DNA from: Clostridia bacterium
GTDB taxonomy: Bacteria > Bacillota > Clostridia > Monoglobales > Firm-18
Direction: 5' to 3'
NCBI GenBank assembly: GCA_017397315.1
Contig: JAFQJA010000021.1
Coordinates: 42,756-106,755, forward strand
Length of the DNA stretch: 64,000 nt
Part shown: positions 9,477 through 19,094 of the stretch, piece by piece
How the letters are laid out: every line of letters begins with the position of its first letter
Position numbering within the stretch: the stretch's first letter is position 1
Notes under the pieces: model-generated
What the model saw: the letters and a program-made list of their open reading frames with translations, nothing else
The model's database searches: none
Told to the model about the DNA's origin: nothing
Position numbers and translations under genes: made by a program

Positions 9477-10937
9477 TTACAATATTTCTTTAAATTTAGT
9501 ATATGCCGTATCCCACGCCTCTATGTCAGCAGGGGTATATGTTTTAATATCAAAAGAATCTCTTATAATAGAACGGGCTTCTTTAATATCAGATATTACG
9601 CCTTGTGTCATAAACTGAACTGCTACATTACCAAGAGCAGTTGCTTCGATAGGCCCTGCCATAACAGTTGTATTGCAAGCATTTGCAGTAAGTTGGCATA
9701 GAAATGGGTCTTTAGTACCTCCGCCCACGATATTAATTCCCGCAAAATCTTTATTGGTATCTTTTTTAAGATTTAAATATGCATACCTGTATTTCATTGC
9801 AAGGCTTTCATAAATACATCTTACAATTTCACCAATACTATTGGGAACATACTGACCTGTTTTTTTACAGAATTCCACAATTCTCTTAGGAATATCACCC
9901 GGTCTGCCAAATTCAGGATAATCGGGGTCAATAAAGCATTTAAATGGCTCACATTTGTGTGCGGCTTGTTCAAGGTCGTTAAAACTTAAGTCGTTCCCCT
10001 GCTTTTTCCAGGTGCGTCTTGATTCTTGTATCAACCAAAGTCCCATTATATTTGTTAAATATCTTGTTGTGTAGTTATAACCGCCCTCATTTGTATATGA
10101 TGATTTAAGGCTGTTTTCGTTAATATGAGGCTCTTTTAATTCTGTGCCGAAAAGCGACCAAGTACCACAACTGATATACACAAAGTCATCTGCAGTTGTA
10201 GGTACAGACACTACCGCTGACGCCGTATCATGTGAACCTACAGCAATTACGGGAACAGGATTAATTCCCAGTTCTTCGCAAATTTCGTCTGTAACTGTCC
10301 CCAGAACTTCACCCGTCTTAATAATTTCGCAAAGTAAATCTTTCGGGATACCCAAGGTGTCAAGAAGTTCTGTATCCCAATCTTTTTTATATGGGTCAAG
10401 CATTTGAGAAGTTGAAGAAATGGTAAACTCATTTCTTTTAACACCTGTTAAGAAATAACTTAAGAGGTCAGGCATAAACAACATTTTATCTGCGCGTTTT
10501 AGCAAATCGCTTTTGTATTTTGCTAAATAGTATAATTGGAACAAGGTGTTAAAATCCATAAACTGGATACCTGTTTTTTCATAAAGGCTTTCCTTGCTGA
10601 TTGCTTTAAAAACTTCTTCCTGCATCCCTGCTGTGCGTGTATCACGGTAGTGAACGGGATTGCCTATTAAGTCTCCGTTTTCATCTATAAGACCAAAGTC
10701 AACACCCCAGGTGTCGATACCTATTGAATCAAAACCTCCAGCAAGTTTTGCATTTACAATACCTTGTTTAATCTGGTCAAACAAATATAATATATCCCAG
10801 TAAAGAGTACCTCTAACGCTTACTCCGTTATTTGGGAAACGATGAACTTCAGAAAGTGTGATTTTCCCGTTATCAAGTGTTGCAACAATACCTCTTCCGC
10901 TTGATGCACCAAGGTCAAAAGCAAGTACCTTATTCAT
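9477..10937 (-). CDS. rhaB: rhamnulokinase (FGGY carbohydrate kinase family)
   Basis: N-terminus AFDLGASSGRGIV and an FGGY layout. It neighbours a DeoR regulator and an aldolase-containing BMC locus. Confidence 0.75.
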   Translation of the reverse strand: MNKVLAFDLGASSGRGIVATLDNGKITLSEVHRFPNNGVSVRGTLYWDILYLFDQIKQGIVNAKLAGGFDSIGIDTWGVDFGLIDENGDLIGNPVHYRDTRTAGMQEEVFKAISKESLYEKTGIQFMDFNTLFQLYYLAKYKSDLLKRADKMLFMPDLLSYFLTGVKRNEFTISSTSQMLDPYKKDWDTELLDTLGIPKDLLCEIIKTGEVLGTVTDEICEELGINPVPVIAVGSHDTASAVVSVPTTADDFVYISCGTWSLFGTELKEPHINENSLKSSYTNEGGYNYTTRYLTNIMGLWLIQESRRTWKKQGNDLSFNDLEQAAHKCEPFKCFIDPDYPEFGRPGDIPKRIVEFCKKTGQYVPNSIGEIVRCIYESLAMKYRYAYLNLKKDTNKDFAGINIVGGGTKDPFLCQLTANACNTTVMAGPIEATALGNVAVQFMTQGVISDIKEARSIIRDSFDIKTYTPADIEAWDTAYTKFKEIL

Positions 10938-10940
10938 ACC

Positions 10941-11705
10941 TTAATCCTCCTTAATAATCTCAATCCCTAGTTCTTCAAACTTGTATTTCAATGATTTGTC
11001 AAGTTCTGCATCTGTTATAAAATAATCCACCGCATCAAAATCCGCCAGTTTTTCAAAACCGATTTTTCCTATTTTGGATTTGTCGCAAATGTAGAAGTGT
11101 TTTGTGGAATTTTTAATCATCTTTCTTTTTATTCCGCACTCGCCCTCATTACTTTCCATAAGTCCGATGCTTTCGGCAATACCTTTGCTTGAAAAGAACA
11201 TCTTACTCGCAAAATAATTTTCGCTTATACTGTTTTCAGCGTAACTTCCCACAAAAGATTGGTTTTGGCTAACAATACCGCCTATTGCAATAACTTTAAT
11301 GTTTTCTGCACCCTCAAGTTCTGCAATAATTCTTAAAGAATTGGTAATTACGGTAACATTATTCATATTCTTTATTTCTTTCGCCATAAAGAATGTAGTT
11401 GTTGACGCATCTAAAAATATGGTATCTCCCGGATCAACAAACTGCAAGGCAATATTGGCAAGTTTTTTCTTAGCCTCAACATTTGTATGTTTTCTTATTT
11501 CAAGAGATAATTCATAAGTTCCCTCGTCAGCAGGAACTGCACCTCCGTGTGTTCGCTTTAAGGAGGACTGCTTTTCCAATTTTTCCAAATCTCGACGGAC
11601 TGTCTCTTCTGTAACATCAAGAGTTACAGCCAGTTTGCTAACCCAAACCGCCCCATCAGTTTTCAGCATTTCAAGGATTTTCTTTTGCCTTTCTAAAGCA
11701 AACAT
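10941..11705 (-). CDS. DeoR-family transcriptional regulator
   Basis: N-terminal HTH (ERQKKILEML...VSKLAVTLDVTEETVRRDLEKLE) plus a DeoR C-terminal sugar-phosphate sensor domain. Confidence 0.85.
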   Translation of the reverse strand: MFALERQKKILEMLKTDGAVWVSKLAVTLDVTEETVRRDLEKLEKQSSLKRTHGGAVPADEGTYELSLEIRKHTNVEAKKKLANIALQFVDPGDTIFLDASTTTFFMAKEIKNMNNVTVITNSLRIIAELEGAENIKVIAIGGIVSQNQSFVGSYAENSISENYFASKMFFSSKGIAESIGLMESNEGECGIKRKMIKNSTKHFYICDKSKIGKIGFEKLADFDAVDYFITDAELDKSLKYKFEELGIEIIKED

Positions 11706-11736
11706 CTGTTACACCTCACAATACTTTTGTGTAATG

Positions 11737-12372
11737 CTAGTCTTTGTCTATAATCTTAACTAAATCTCCGTTTTTAAGCCCTGTAGAGTTAGCATCATCT
11801 GTATCAATGTGCATCTCTACATTAAAGTCGTCTCTTACTCGTACCTGAACATCATAGAATTTTGTAGGCTTAATACCTTCGACCATAACATTTACATAGT
11901 CATTGTCCTTTATGTTATGTCTTTTTGCGTAATCAGGTGTTAAATGAATGTGTCTGTTTGCAATAATTACGCCCTCGTTTAAGTATATACTTCCTTTAGG
12001 ACCGACAACTACAAGTCTTTCGGAACCTGCTGTTTCGCCTGACGGTCTTACAGGAGGACTTACTTTTAAAATAAAAGTATCTGTTTTAGAAATTTCGACC
12101 TGAGTATTTTTTCTTACAGGGCCTAAAACACGAACATTTTCTATCGACTTAAGTGAGGGGCCTACCAAAGTTACAACTTCTTCCGAGGCAAATTCTCTGC
12201 CCATTAAAGTTTTCTTTTTTGTAAGTTGATAGCCCTCACCGAAAAGAGTATATAAGTCTTTTTCGGACAAATGAATATGACGCTGGGATACGCCTATTCT
12301 TATTTCGCCGTTTGCATCTGCAATGGCGTTTTTAACGGCTTGCTCAATTTTCTTTTCATCTACTAATAACAT
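11737..12372 (-). CDS. pduL: phosphate propanoyltransferase
   Basis: Duplicated PduL motifs GVSQRHIHLS and ANRHIHL. N-terminal amphipathic helix EKKIEQAVKNAIADA. Confidence 0.85.
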   Translation of the reverse strand: MLLVDEKKIEQAVKNAIADANGEIRIGVSQRHIHLSEKDLYTLFGEGYQLTKKKTLMGREFASEEVVTLVGPSLKSIENVRVLGPVRKNTQVEISKTDTFILKVSPPVRPSGETAGSERLVVVGPKGSIYLNEGVIIANRHIHLTPDYAKRHNIKDNDYVNVMVEGIKPTKFYDVQVRVRDDFNVEMHIDTDDANSTGLKNGDLVKIIDKD

Positions 12373-12381
12373 AAAATCACC

Positions 12382-13023
12382 TTATTCGATATCAAAAAAT
12401 TTACTTAATTCACGAGACGGCCTTGCAATTACTTCGGCACCAAATATTTTACCTATTTTAAGTGCCGCAGTCTGACCTGCCTCTACTGCCGCTTTTGTTG
12501 CGGAAACATTGCCTTTTACTATAAGTGTTACCAAGCGTCCGCCCAGTCTTTTTTCAGTATGAACAATGTTTACGCTTGACGCTTTCACCATTGCGTCAAG
12601 ACCTTCTATTGCCGCAACCAAGCCTTCTATTTCCAAAATACCAAAGGCTCCGTCTATGTCCTTTACTTTTTCTTCAGGATAATCAATTAAATTTTTAGGT
12701 AACTTCTTGTTGTATTTATCTCTGTTAATATCAAGGAGGTATGCCATTTTGTCTGTTTGCGTATCTGGAGCAGGGATTACATGGGAAACAATATATTTAC
12801 CCTTTTCTTTAGCATAATTTACACCTGCTTCGATTGCTGCATTTACTGCACCCACAACGCCCTCGATTTTTACTTCCATTACAAGAGGCGCCGGAACATC
12901 AGGTCTTATAGGTCTGTTTCTGTCAAACGCAATTACTTTTATATCTGCCGCTTTTGCCATAATGTCGGCCACGCATACCGCTGTTGTAAAACTGTAAACT
13001 TCTATTAATCCAAGTGCCTTCAC
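12382..13023 (-). CDS. tandem-BMC-domain shell protein (BMC-T) with long inter-domain linker
   Basis: Two BMC domains (ALGLIEV... and AFGILEIEGLVAAIEGLDAMVKAS...). The first is divergent. Confidence 0.75.
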   Translation of the reverse strand: MKALGLIEVYSFTTAVCVADIMAKAADIKVIAFDRNRPIRPDVPAPLVMEVKIEGVVGAVNAAIEAGVNYAKEKGKYIVSHVIPAPDTQTDKMAYLLDINRDKYNKKLPKNLIDYPEEKVKDIDGAFGILEIEGLVAAIEGLDAMVKASSVNIVHTEKRLGGRLVTLIVKGNVSATKAAVEAGQTAALKIGKIFGAEVIARPSRELSKFFDIE

Positions 13024-13037
13024 TTAATACACCTCTT

Positions 13038-14441
13038 TTATACAATATGGAAACCATCAACCAAAACGCATCTGCGCTGGCGAGTAAATGAATGAGCTGC
13101 TGTTAAACCTTCACCTGTAGGTCCTGCAATAGTAAAGGTTGTATACCCCTCACCGCCTGCACCGATACCTGCATAAGATGGTGCATTTTTAACAAAGATT
13201 GTTGTTTCCACTTCTTTGGCAAAGCGTGTCAAGTTATCAACATTTTTAGAGTGAATGTGTGCACTGTGTCTGTTTCCGTGTTCTGCTTTCACTGCCAGTT
13301 CGATTGCTTCGTCAATGTTGTTTACCCGAACAATGCCGAGTACAGGCATCATCATTTCAACCTGAACAAATGGGTGATTGTTATCAACTTCGCAGATGAT
13401 AAGTTTTGCATCTGCATTAATACCAAGTTCTTTTAAGAACAATTTTGCGTCTTTGCCTACCCAGTTTTTATTAATATCGTACTTACCGTCTTTCTGAACA
13501 AGGCAGAAATTTTTAAGTCTTTCAACATCCTGACCTCTTAAAAGGTAAGCACCGTTCTTTGTCATATTTGAAATAAGTTCGTCTGCAATAGATTTAACTG
13601 CGAAACATTCTTTCTCCGCAATACAGGGCAAGTTATTATCAAAACTTGCACCATCAACTATATCTTTTGCAGCTTTTGCAATATCTGCAGTTTCGTCAAC
13701 AATAACAGGTGGGTTGCCTGCACCTGCACCGATTGCTTTTTTGCCTGATGACAACAGCATTTTTACAACACCGGGTCCACCTGTCGCTACCAACAACTTA
13801 ACGATAGGTGATTTTACCATTTCGTCAGATGTTTTCATAGTGGGTTTATATACTGAAACAACAAGGTTTTCAGGACCGCCTGCTTCTAAAACTGCTCTGT
13901 TTACAAGGTCAACCGCATAATTAGCAACATTTTTTGCATTGGGGTGCGGGTTAAATACTACTGCATTGCCAGCAGCAATCATACCCATTGAGTTGCAAAT
14001 TACAGTTTCGCTCGGGTTTGTTGATGGGGTAATACTTCCAATTACGCCGTAAGGTCCCATTTCAACCAAAGTCATACCGCAATCCCCTGTCATAACCTTT
14101 GCAGACAAATCTTCAGTACCAGGAGTTTTGTTTGCAACAAGCTGATGCTTTATAATTTTATGAGGAACATTACCCATACCTGTTTCTTCGACACCCATTA
14201 CCGCCATTGTTTCTGCTTCTTCAAGTGTCAGTTCTCTTATTTTCTGTATCATTTTTTCGCGTTGTTCGACAGTATATCCCTTTAATTCCTTATATGCTTT
14301 TTGTACTGCTTCCAAAGCTTCAGTCATTGTAGGAAATACGCCTTTTAACTGCTTTTCAGGTAATTCCGGTTTTATACTTTTAATAACATTTTCAACTATT
14401 TCGCTTATGTACTTTTCATCTACCATTGTTATTATCTCCAT
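13038..14441 (-). CDS. pduP: CoA-acylating aldehyde dehydrogenase
   Basis: ALDH fold with the catalytic Cys context NNLPCIAEKE. N-terminal helix EKYISEIVENVIKSI. Confidence 0.85.
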   Translation of the reverse strand: MEIITMVDEKYISEIVENVIKSIKPELPEKQLKGVFPTMTEALEAVQKAYKELKGYTVEQREKMIQKIRELTLEEAETMAVMGVEETGMGNVPHKIIKHQLVANKTPGTEDLSAKVMTGDCGMTLVEMGPYGVIGSITPSTNPSETVICNSMGMIAAGNAVVFNPHPNAKNVANYAVDLVNRAVLEAGGPENLVVSVYKPTMKTSDEMVKSPIVKLLVATGGPGVVKMLLSSGKKAIGAGAGNPPVIVDETADIAKAAKDIVDGASFDNNLPCIAEKECFAVKSIADELISNMTKNGAYLLRGQDVERLKNFCLVQKDGKYDINKNWVGKDAKLFLKELGINADAKLIICEVDNNHPFVQVEMMMPVLGIVRVNNIDEAIELAVKAEHGNRHSAHIHSKNVDNLTRFAKEVETTIFVKNAPSYAGIGAGGEGYTTFTIAGPTGEGLTAAHSFTRQRRCVLVDGFHIV

Positions 14442-14444
14442 TCC

Positions 14445-14993
14445 TTATAATATCGTTTTCCATATTTTCATATCGGGACTTGCAATTACTTCACTGTCTA
14501 AAAACATTCCCGATTCTGCAAGGTCTTTCTTAACTTTTTCAATCGCCGCTTCAACTGCTGCAACTTCCCCTGTTATAAGCATATACGATTTACCGCACAT
14601 ACCTCTTGCAATTCGCAGTTCAATTAAATCTACCATAGCAGTTTTTGCCGCCACATCTGCCGCAACTATAATTGACGCTGCAGAATATGTTTCACATACT
14701 CCAAGGGCTCTTGGATTTTCAACCTGCGTTGTACCGTAGATTGCGGGAAAAATCGCTTCATGAGGATTACCAAGAATAAACTTGTCAATCAGTTTATCGC
14801 CACACAAGGCAACTGAGGCTTCAACTGCCGCTTTTACAGCACTTAATTCACCGCTTACTAATGCTATGTATTTACCCGGACAAACAACTTGGGCTTCAAT
14901 AACCTCAACGGCTGATGTTTTCACCATGGTATCTACTGCTTTTATACCTGCAGAAACAGTTGTATATTCTATCATACCTATTGACTTGCCCAT
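14445..14993 (-). CDS. pduT: PduT-like tandem BMC shell protein (Fe-S pore type)
   Basis: 182 aa with two BMC domains. VVCPGKY aligns with the PduT Cys38 (ICPGKF) cluster ligand. Confidence 0.75.
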   Translation of the reverse strand: MGKSIGMIEYTTVSAGIKAVDTMVKTSAVEVIEAQVVCPGKYIALVSGELSAVKAAVEASVALCGDKLIDKFILGNPHEAIFPAIYGTTQVENPRALGVCETYSAASIIVAADVAAKTAMVDLIELRIARGMCGKSYMLITGEVAAVEAAIEKVKKDLAESGMFLDSEVIASPDMKIWKTIL

Positions 14994-16333
14994 TAACTGT
15001 CAGTCCTTTCTATAATTATATATCCGTTTTTAACTTCACCAACAACACCGTCTATTGAACTGTGGATATTAACTCCCAGTTTATCATCTGCCACTTCTCC
15101 GATTACCTGTCCTGCGTTTACTTTGTCGCCAGTTTTTACAACAGCAACGGCAGGTACGCCTATATGCTGGTTAAGCATTATTTTCACTTTTTTTGGTTTT
15201 AAGACTTTTTCGTTTATCGGTGCCTCTGCATCATAAACATTAAGCCCTAATCTTGTAATCAATCGTTCCATAGGAACTAATCTATATTCCCTTGCCGGAT
15301 GAACCTTTGGTGTTTCATCTGCAACTTGCGGTCTGACGCTTTTTTTGCCAAACTCAGTTTTAAACACACCTATCATCATTTTGGGTGATAATCCCTGACC
15401 GCAGGAATACAGTTCGCACAACCCACACTGAGAACAAAACGCAGAATTAACAAAAATATCAACATTTTTTGTATTTCCGTTTGATGCACCATACATAATG
15501 CTGTGGGGTTGTAAATCCTGCCCTAACAAATACCTCGGGCAAAGGTCTGTGCACATTCTGCACTGACAGCATGCACTTTTCGTTCTGTTTAAATTAATAC
15601 TTGTTTTTGTAAGTCGTCTTTTTATTGCTATGTGGTCTTTAGGAAGTACCAACACTGCATTTGTAGTCTTTGTAACAGGCATATTTGTTTTAGTAATGTT
15701 ACCTGTCATTATTCCGCCGTTTAAATAAGCTACATCTCTTCTTGTTACTCCGCCTGCCGCCTCAATCAGCTGTGAAATCTCAGTACCCAGCGGTACCAAA
15801 AATGTCTGCGGATTTAAAACTTCGCCTGCAACTGTAACATATTTTAAAGTAACAGGTTTGTTTTTTGTCAAAACATAATATGCGTTAAGCATTGTTTCAA
15901 CATTATAAACTATAACGCCAACCGAGATAGGAATCTGCCCCTGAGGAACAATTCTTCCGGTTGCTTCAAAGGTTGTTACAACCTCGTCGCCTGACGGATA
16001 AACTTCCGGCAGTCTTTTAATAGAAAAATTCTTGTACTTGTCAATGTGCTCGTATAAGGCATTCATCGTGTTTTTATATGATTTTTTAACAGCAATAATC
16101 ACCTGTTGGGCTTCTACCGCTTTTGCAACTTCATTTAATGCGTGCAAAATCTCATTGGTATACATTGCAAGAACCTGTCTGTGTACTTTAAACAGTGGCT
16201 CACACTCGGCACAGTTTAATATAACAGTATCTGCCTTCTTATTCAATTTAGCATATGACGGAAATCCCGCGCCACCGGCACCTACAACACCGTGTTTTTT
16301 AAGTAGTTCTGCTAAAGAAGTTATATCTGCCAC
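14993..16333 (-). CDS. pduS: PduS/RnfC-like flavo-iron-sulfur oxidoreductase
   Basis: GAGGAGFP nucleotide-binding N-terminus and two Cys clusters (CCQCRMCTDLCP, CSQCGLCELYSC). Confidence 0.75.
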   Translation of the reverse strand: MADITSLAELLKKHGVVGAGGAGFPSYAKLNKKADTVILNCAECEPLFKVHRQVLAMYTNEILHALNEVAKAVEAQQVIIAVKKSYKNTMNALYEHIDKYKNFSIKRLPEVYPSGDEVVTTFEATGRIVPQGQIPISVGVIVYNVETMLNAYYVLTKNKPVTLKYVTVAGEVLNPQTFLVPLGTEISQLIEAAGGVTRRDVAYLNGGIMTGNITKTNMPVTKTTNAVLVLPKDHIAIKRRLTKTSINLNRTKSACCQCRMCTDLCPRYLLGQDLQPHSIMYGASNGNTKNVDIFVNSAFCSQCGLCELYSCGQGLSPKMMIGVFKTEFGKKSVRPQVADETPKVHPAREYRLVPMERLITRLGLNVYDAEAPINEKVLKPKKVKIMLNQHIGVPAVAVVKTGDKVNAGQVIGEVADDKLGVNIHSSIDGVVGEVKNGYIIIERTDS

Positions 16334-16355
16334 CGTATTACCTTCCTTTTAGGTT

Positions 16356-16604
16356 TTAATTTTCTTCGTCAACAATTCCAACAATTGCTGCGTCAATAGG
16401 AGCATTTTCCATACCGCATCCTATTCTTGCGGCACTACCTGTTGCGACAAGTACTGTTTCACCTATACCTGCACCAACATTATCTATTGCTATAAAGGAA
16501 CTCTGACCTTTTTCCATTGGCTCTACAATTAAAAATTTGTTTCCTAACAATCTTTCGTTTTTCCTTGTTGAGACAATACTTCCGGTAATCTTTCCGATTA
16601 TCAT
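16356..16604 (-). CDS. pduN: BMC vertex pentamer protein (EutN/CcmL/PduN family)
   Basis: 82 aa. MIIGKITGSIVSTRKNERLLGNKFLIVEP is the typical BMC-P N-terminus. Confidence 0.85.
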   Translation of the reverse strand: MIIGKITGSIVSTRKNERLLGNKFLIVEPMEKGQSSFIAIDNVGAGIGETVLVATGSAARIGCGMENAPIDAAIVGIVDEEN

Positions 16605-16680
16605 TTATATCTCTCCTTTCATTATTATGTAAGGGCTGTGCCACAATGAACTGCGACACAGTCCTTTTAATAATGCACTA

Positions 16681-17091
16681 TTATTTAATAGCAGGTAAAA
16701 TTTTCTCAACATCACTGTGAGGTCTTGGAATTACATGTGTAGCAATGATTTCGCCAAGTCTCTGAGCTGAAGCGTTACCAGCTTCAACAGCAGCTTTAAC
16801 AGCACCTACATCGCCTCTAACCATAACGCTTACTAAACCTGAACCGATTTTTTCTGTTCCGATTAATTCAACGTTAGCGGCTTTAAGCATAGCATCTGCA
16901 GCTTCTATTGCTGCTACTAAGCCTCTTGTTTCAACCATACCTAATGCTTCTTTTTGTGTCATTTTTACTTCCTCCTTAATTATTTCTTTTTTAATTTCTT
17001 GTTTAACTTCGGGTTTTGCTTCCGCTTTCGCTTCGGCTTTTGCAGGTTTCACCTGACCTGCTGACACTTTACTTACTTTCTTTTCTTCCAT
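16681..17091 (-). CDS. BMC-H shell protein with 43-aa Lys/Glu/Ala-rich N-terminal extension (alternative short form starts at 16962)
   Basis: The canonical BMC-H core is [22 protein letters not shown]... The upstream start has SD GGTGA (ATG at 17091). The internal start has AAGGAGG, 8 nt, then ATG at 16962. Confidence 0.8.
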   Translation of the reverse strand: MEEKKVSKVSAGQVKPAKAEAKAEAKPEVKQEIKKEIIKEEVKMTQKEALGMVETRGLVAAIEAADAMLKAANVELIGTEKIGSGLVSVMVRGDVGAVKAAVEAGNASAQRLGEIIATHVIPRPHSDVEKILPAIK

Positions 17092-17103
17092 AATAATCAC
17101 CAA

Positions 17104-17379
17104 TTATAACTTCGGTAGAATTTTTTCTACATCTGTGTGCGGTCTTGGAATTACATGTGAAGCCACTAATTCGCCTAATTTTTGAGCAGCGTTAGCACCA
17201 ACTTCTGTTGCTGCTTTAACAGCACCTACATCGCCTCTAACCATAACGCTTACTAAACCTGAACCGATTTTTTCTGTTCCGATTAGTACAACCTCTGCCG
17301 CTTTCACCATTGCGTCTGCCGCTTCAATAGCTGCAACCAAACCTCTTGTTTCAATCATTCCTAATGCTTCTAATGCCAT
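17104..17379 (-). CDS. pduA: BMC-H shell protein (PduA/PduJ-like)
   Basis: 91 aa. [28 protein letters not shown]...HVIPRPH. Confidence 0.9.
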   Translation of the reverse strand: MALEALGMIETRGLVAAIEAADAMVKAAEVVLIGTEKIGSGLVSVMVRGDVGAVKAATEVGANAAQKLGELVASHVIPRPHTDVEKILPKL

Positions 17380-17393
17380 TTTTTATATCCTCC

Positions 17394-18587
17394 TTAATTT
17401 ATTATTGCTATCTTTAAACCTTCCATTTTAAGGTTGGTTTGATATGCTTCATTAATATCTTCCAATTTATATTTGTGGGTAATTAATTCGTCAATCGGTA
17501 ATCCGATGCCTTTTGCTCGTTTTAAGAAATCAAATGTTGTAGCGTAATCTCTTGAAGTGTAAACCCATGACCCTACTAATGTGATTTCTTTTGAGCACAA
17601 GTCAAAGTGCGGATTAATTGTAGCGTCTCCGCCGTTTATAAAGAAACCAAGTTCGCATAAACCGCCACCGTTTCTTATAAACTTATAGATGTTACTGTGA
17701 GCAACCGGTGAGCCGGTGCACTGGAATGCAAAGTCGGCTAAATATCCACCAAATGCTTCTTTCACACCGCCTGCAAGATTTTCAATTCCTTTATAATCTT
17801 TAAAGTTAACTGTTTTTCCTGCACCCATCTTTTTAGCAAAGTTTAACCTCTTTTCTTCGCCGTCAACTGCTACTATGTTTTCGATACCTAATGTACGAAG
17901 AACCGCTATGCAGATAAGACCGATAGGTCCGCAACCTTGAACCACAACTCTGCTGTTAAATCTTAAAATGCCTGTTGTTTTTGCTCTTTCAACTGCGTGA
18001 ATCAAAACTGCGCAGGGCTCAATTAAAATTCTTGAGTCAAGGTCTAAGTCGCTAACATTAAATACTACTGAATTCTTTCTTAATACTATGTAGTCAGCAA
18101 ACCAACCGTTTAAGTGAATGTCATCATCAGGAAGCAGTCCGTAAACACCGCCACTGCCAACATTCTGTTTGTTTAAATCATACATTGTAATATCGGGGTC
18201 GTCGTCAAACATCATACTTGTAACAACCTTGTCGCCAACACCCAAAGGTTTACCGGCACTATCTTTTTTGACATTTTTACCGATTTTTACAACTTCACCT
18301 GTTCCTTCATGACCAAGCACTACAGGAATAAGTCCGAATGGATCTCTTTTGTACTCATGAGCATCTGTACCACAGATACCGCAACCTTCTACCTTAACCA
18401 AAATTTCGTCGTCGCTGATTTCAGGAATCGGAAATTCTTTGATTTCCACTTTTTCAAGTCCTGTTAAAACTGCCACACGGCTTTTTGCAGGGATTTCTCC
18501 ACTTGCCTTTGGTGCGGAAGATGTTGCAGATGACGCCATGCCCTCAAGAACCTGTTTTACCAAAAGTTCTATTTGCTGTGAATCCAT
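17394..18587 (-). CDS. zinc-dependent (MDR-family) alcohol dehydrogenase with N-terminal encapsulation-peptide-like extension
   Basis: Zn-ADH motifs GCGICGTDAHE and GHEGTGEV. It has a ~35-aa extension: helix QQIELLVKQVLEGM followed by a Ser/Ala linker. Confidence 0.85.
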   Translation of the reverse strand: MDSQQIELLVKQVLEGMASSATSSAPKASGEIPAKSRVAVLTGLEKVEIKEFPIPEISDDEILVKVEGCGICGTDAHEYKRDPFGLIPVVLGHEGTGEVVKIGKNVKKDSAGKPLGVGDKVVTSMMFDDDPDITMYDLNKQNVGSGGVYGLLPDDDIHLNGWFADYIVLRKNSVVFNVSDLDLDSRILIEPCAVLIHAVERAKTTGILRFNSRVVVQGCGPIGLICIAVLRTLGIENIVAVDGEEKRLNFAKKMGAGKTVNFKDYKGIENLAGGVKEAFGGYLADFAFQCTGSPVAHSNIYKFIRNGGGLCELGFFINGGDATINPHFDLCSKEITLVGSWVYTSRDYATTFDFLKRAKGIGLPIDELITHKYKLEDINEAYQTNLKMEGLKIAIIN

Positions 18588-18604
18588 TTTTACACCTCCG
18601 TTGT

Positions 18605-19084
18605 TTATTTATATATTTTTTTAAATATTTTACTGCCATACTCCGAAAGGATTGTGTCCTGTTCTTCTGTGCCTCCGCTGACTCCAAGTCCACCCACTAT
18701 TTCACCATTACAGTAAAGTGGGTCTCCACCACCGAAAATTACAATTTTGCCGTTGTTGGTAAACTGTATTCCGTAAAGAGGCTGTCCCGGTTGAGCCATA
18801 GGCTTAAGCGTCTTTGTAGACATCTTTAGTGCTGTAACCGTATAGGCTTTATTAACTGCTATATCGTAACTTGCAATGTAAGAACCGTCCATGCATTTTA
18901 CTGCAATTATGTTTCCTTCGCTGTTGGACACTGCACAAACCGCATTGACGCCCATTTCCTTTGCCTTTTCATTAACCGCATTAATTAACTCGTCAGCAAT
19001 TTCCAAGGTAAGTTTTTTATTTCGTTCTTTCATTACCTGTTTTAAAACCTCGGCTACTATATTGGATAATTTTTCGTTTTCCAA
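18605..19084 (-). CDS. GlcG/HbpS-like (DUF336, PduO C-terminal-domain-like) protein
   Basis: The GGGDPLYCNGEIVGGLGVSGG pattern is typical of DUF336. N-terminal helix LSNIVAEVLKQVMKE. Confidence 0.7.
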   Translation of the reverse strand: MENEKLSNIVAEVLKQVMKERNKKLTLEIADELINAVNEKAKEMGVNAVCAVSNSEGNIIAVKCMDGSYIASYDIAVNKAYTVTALKMSTKTLKPMAQPGQPLYGIQFTNNGKIVIFGGGDPLYCNGEIVGGLGVSGGTEEQDTILSEYGSKIFKKIYK

Positions 19085-19094
19085 CTATATCACC

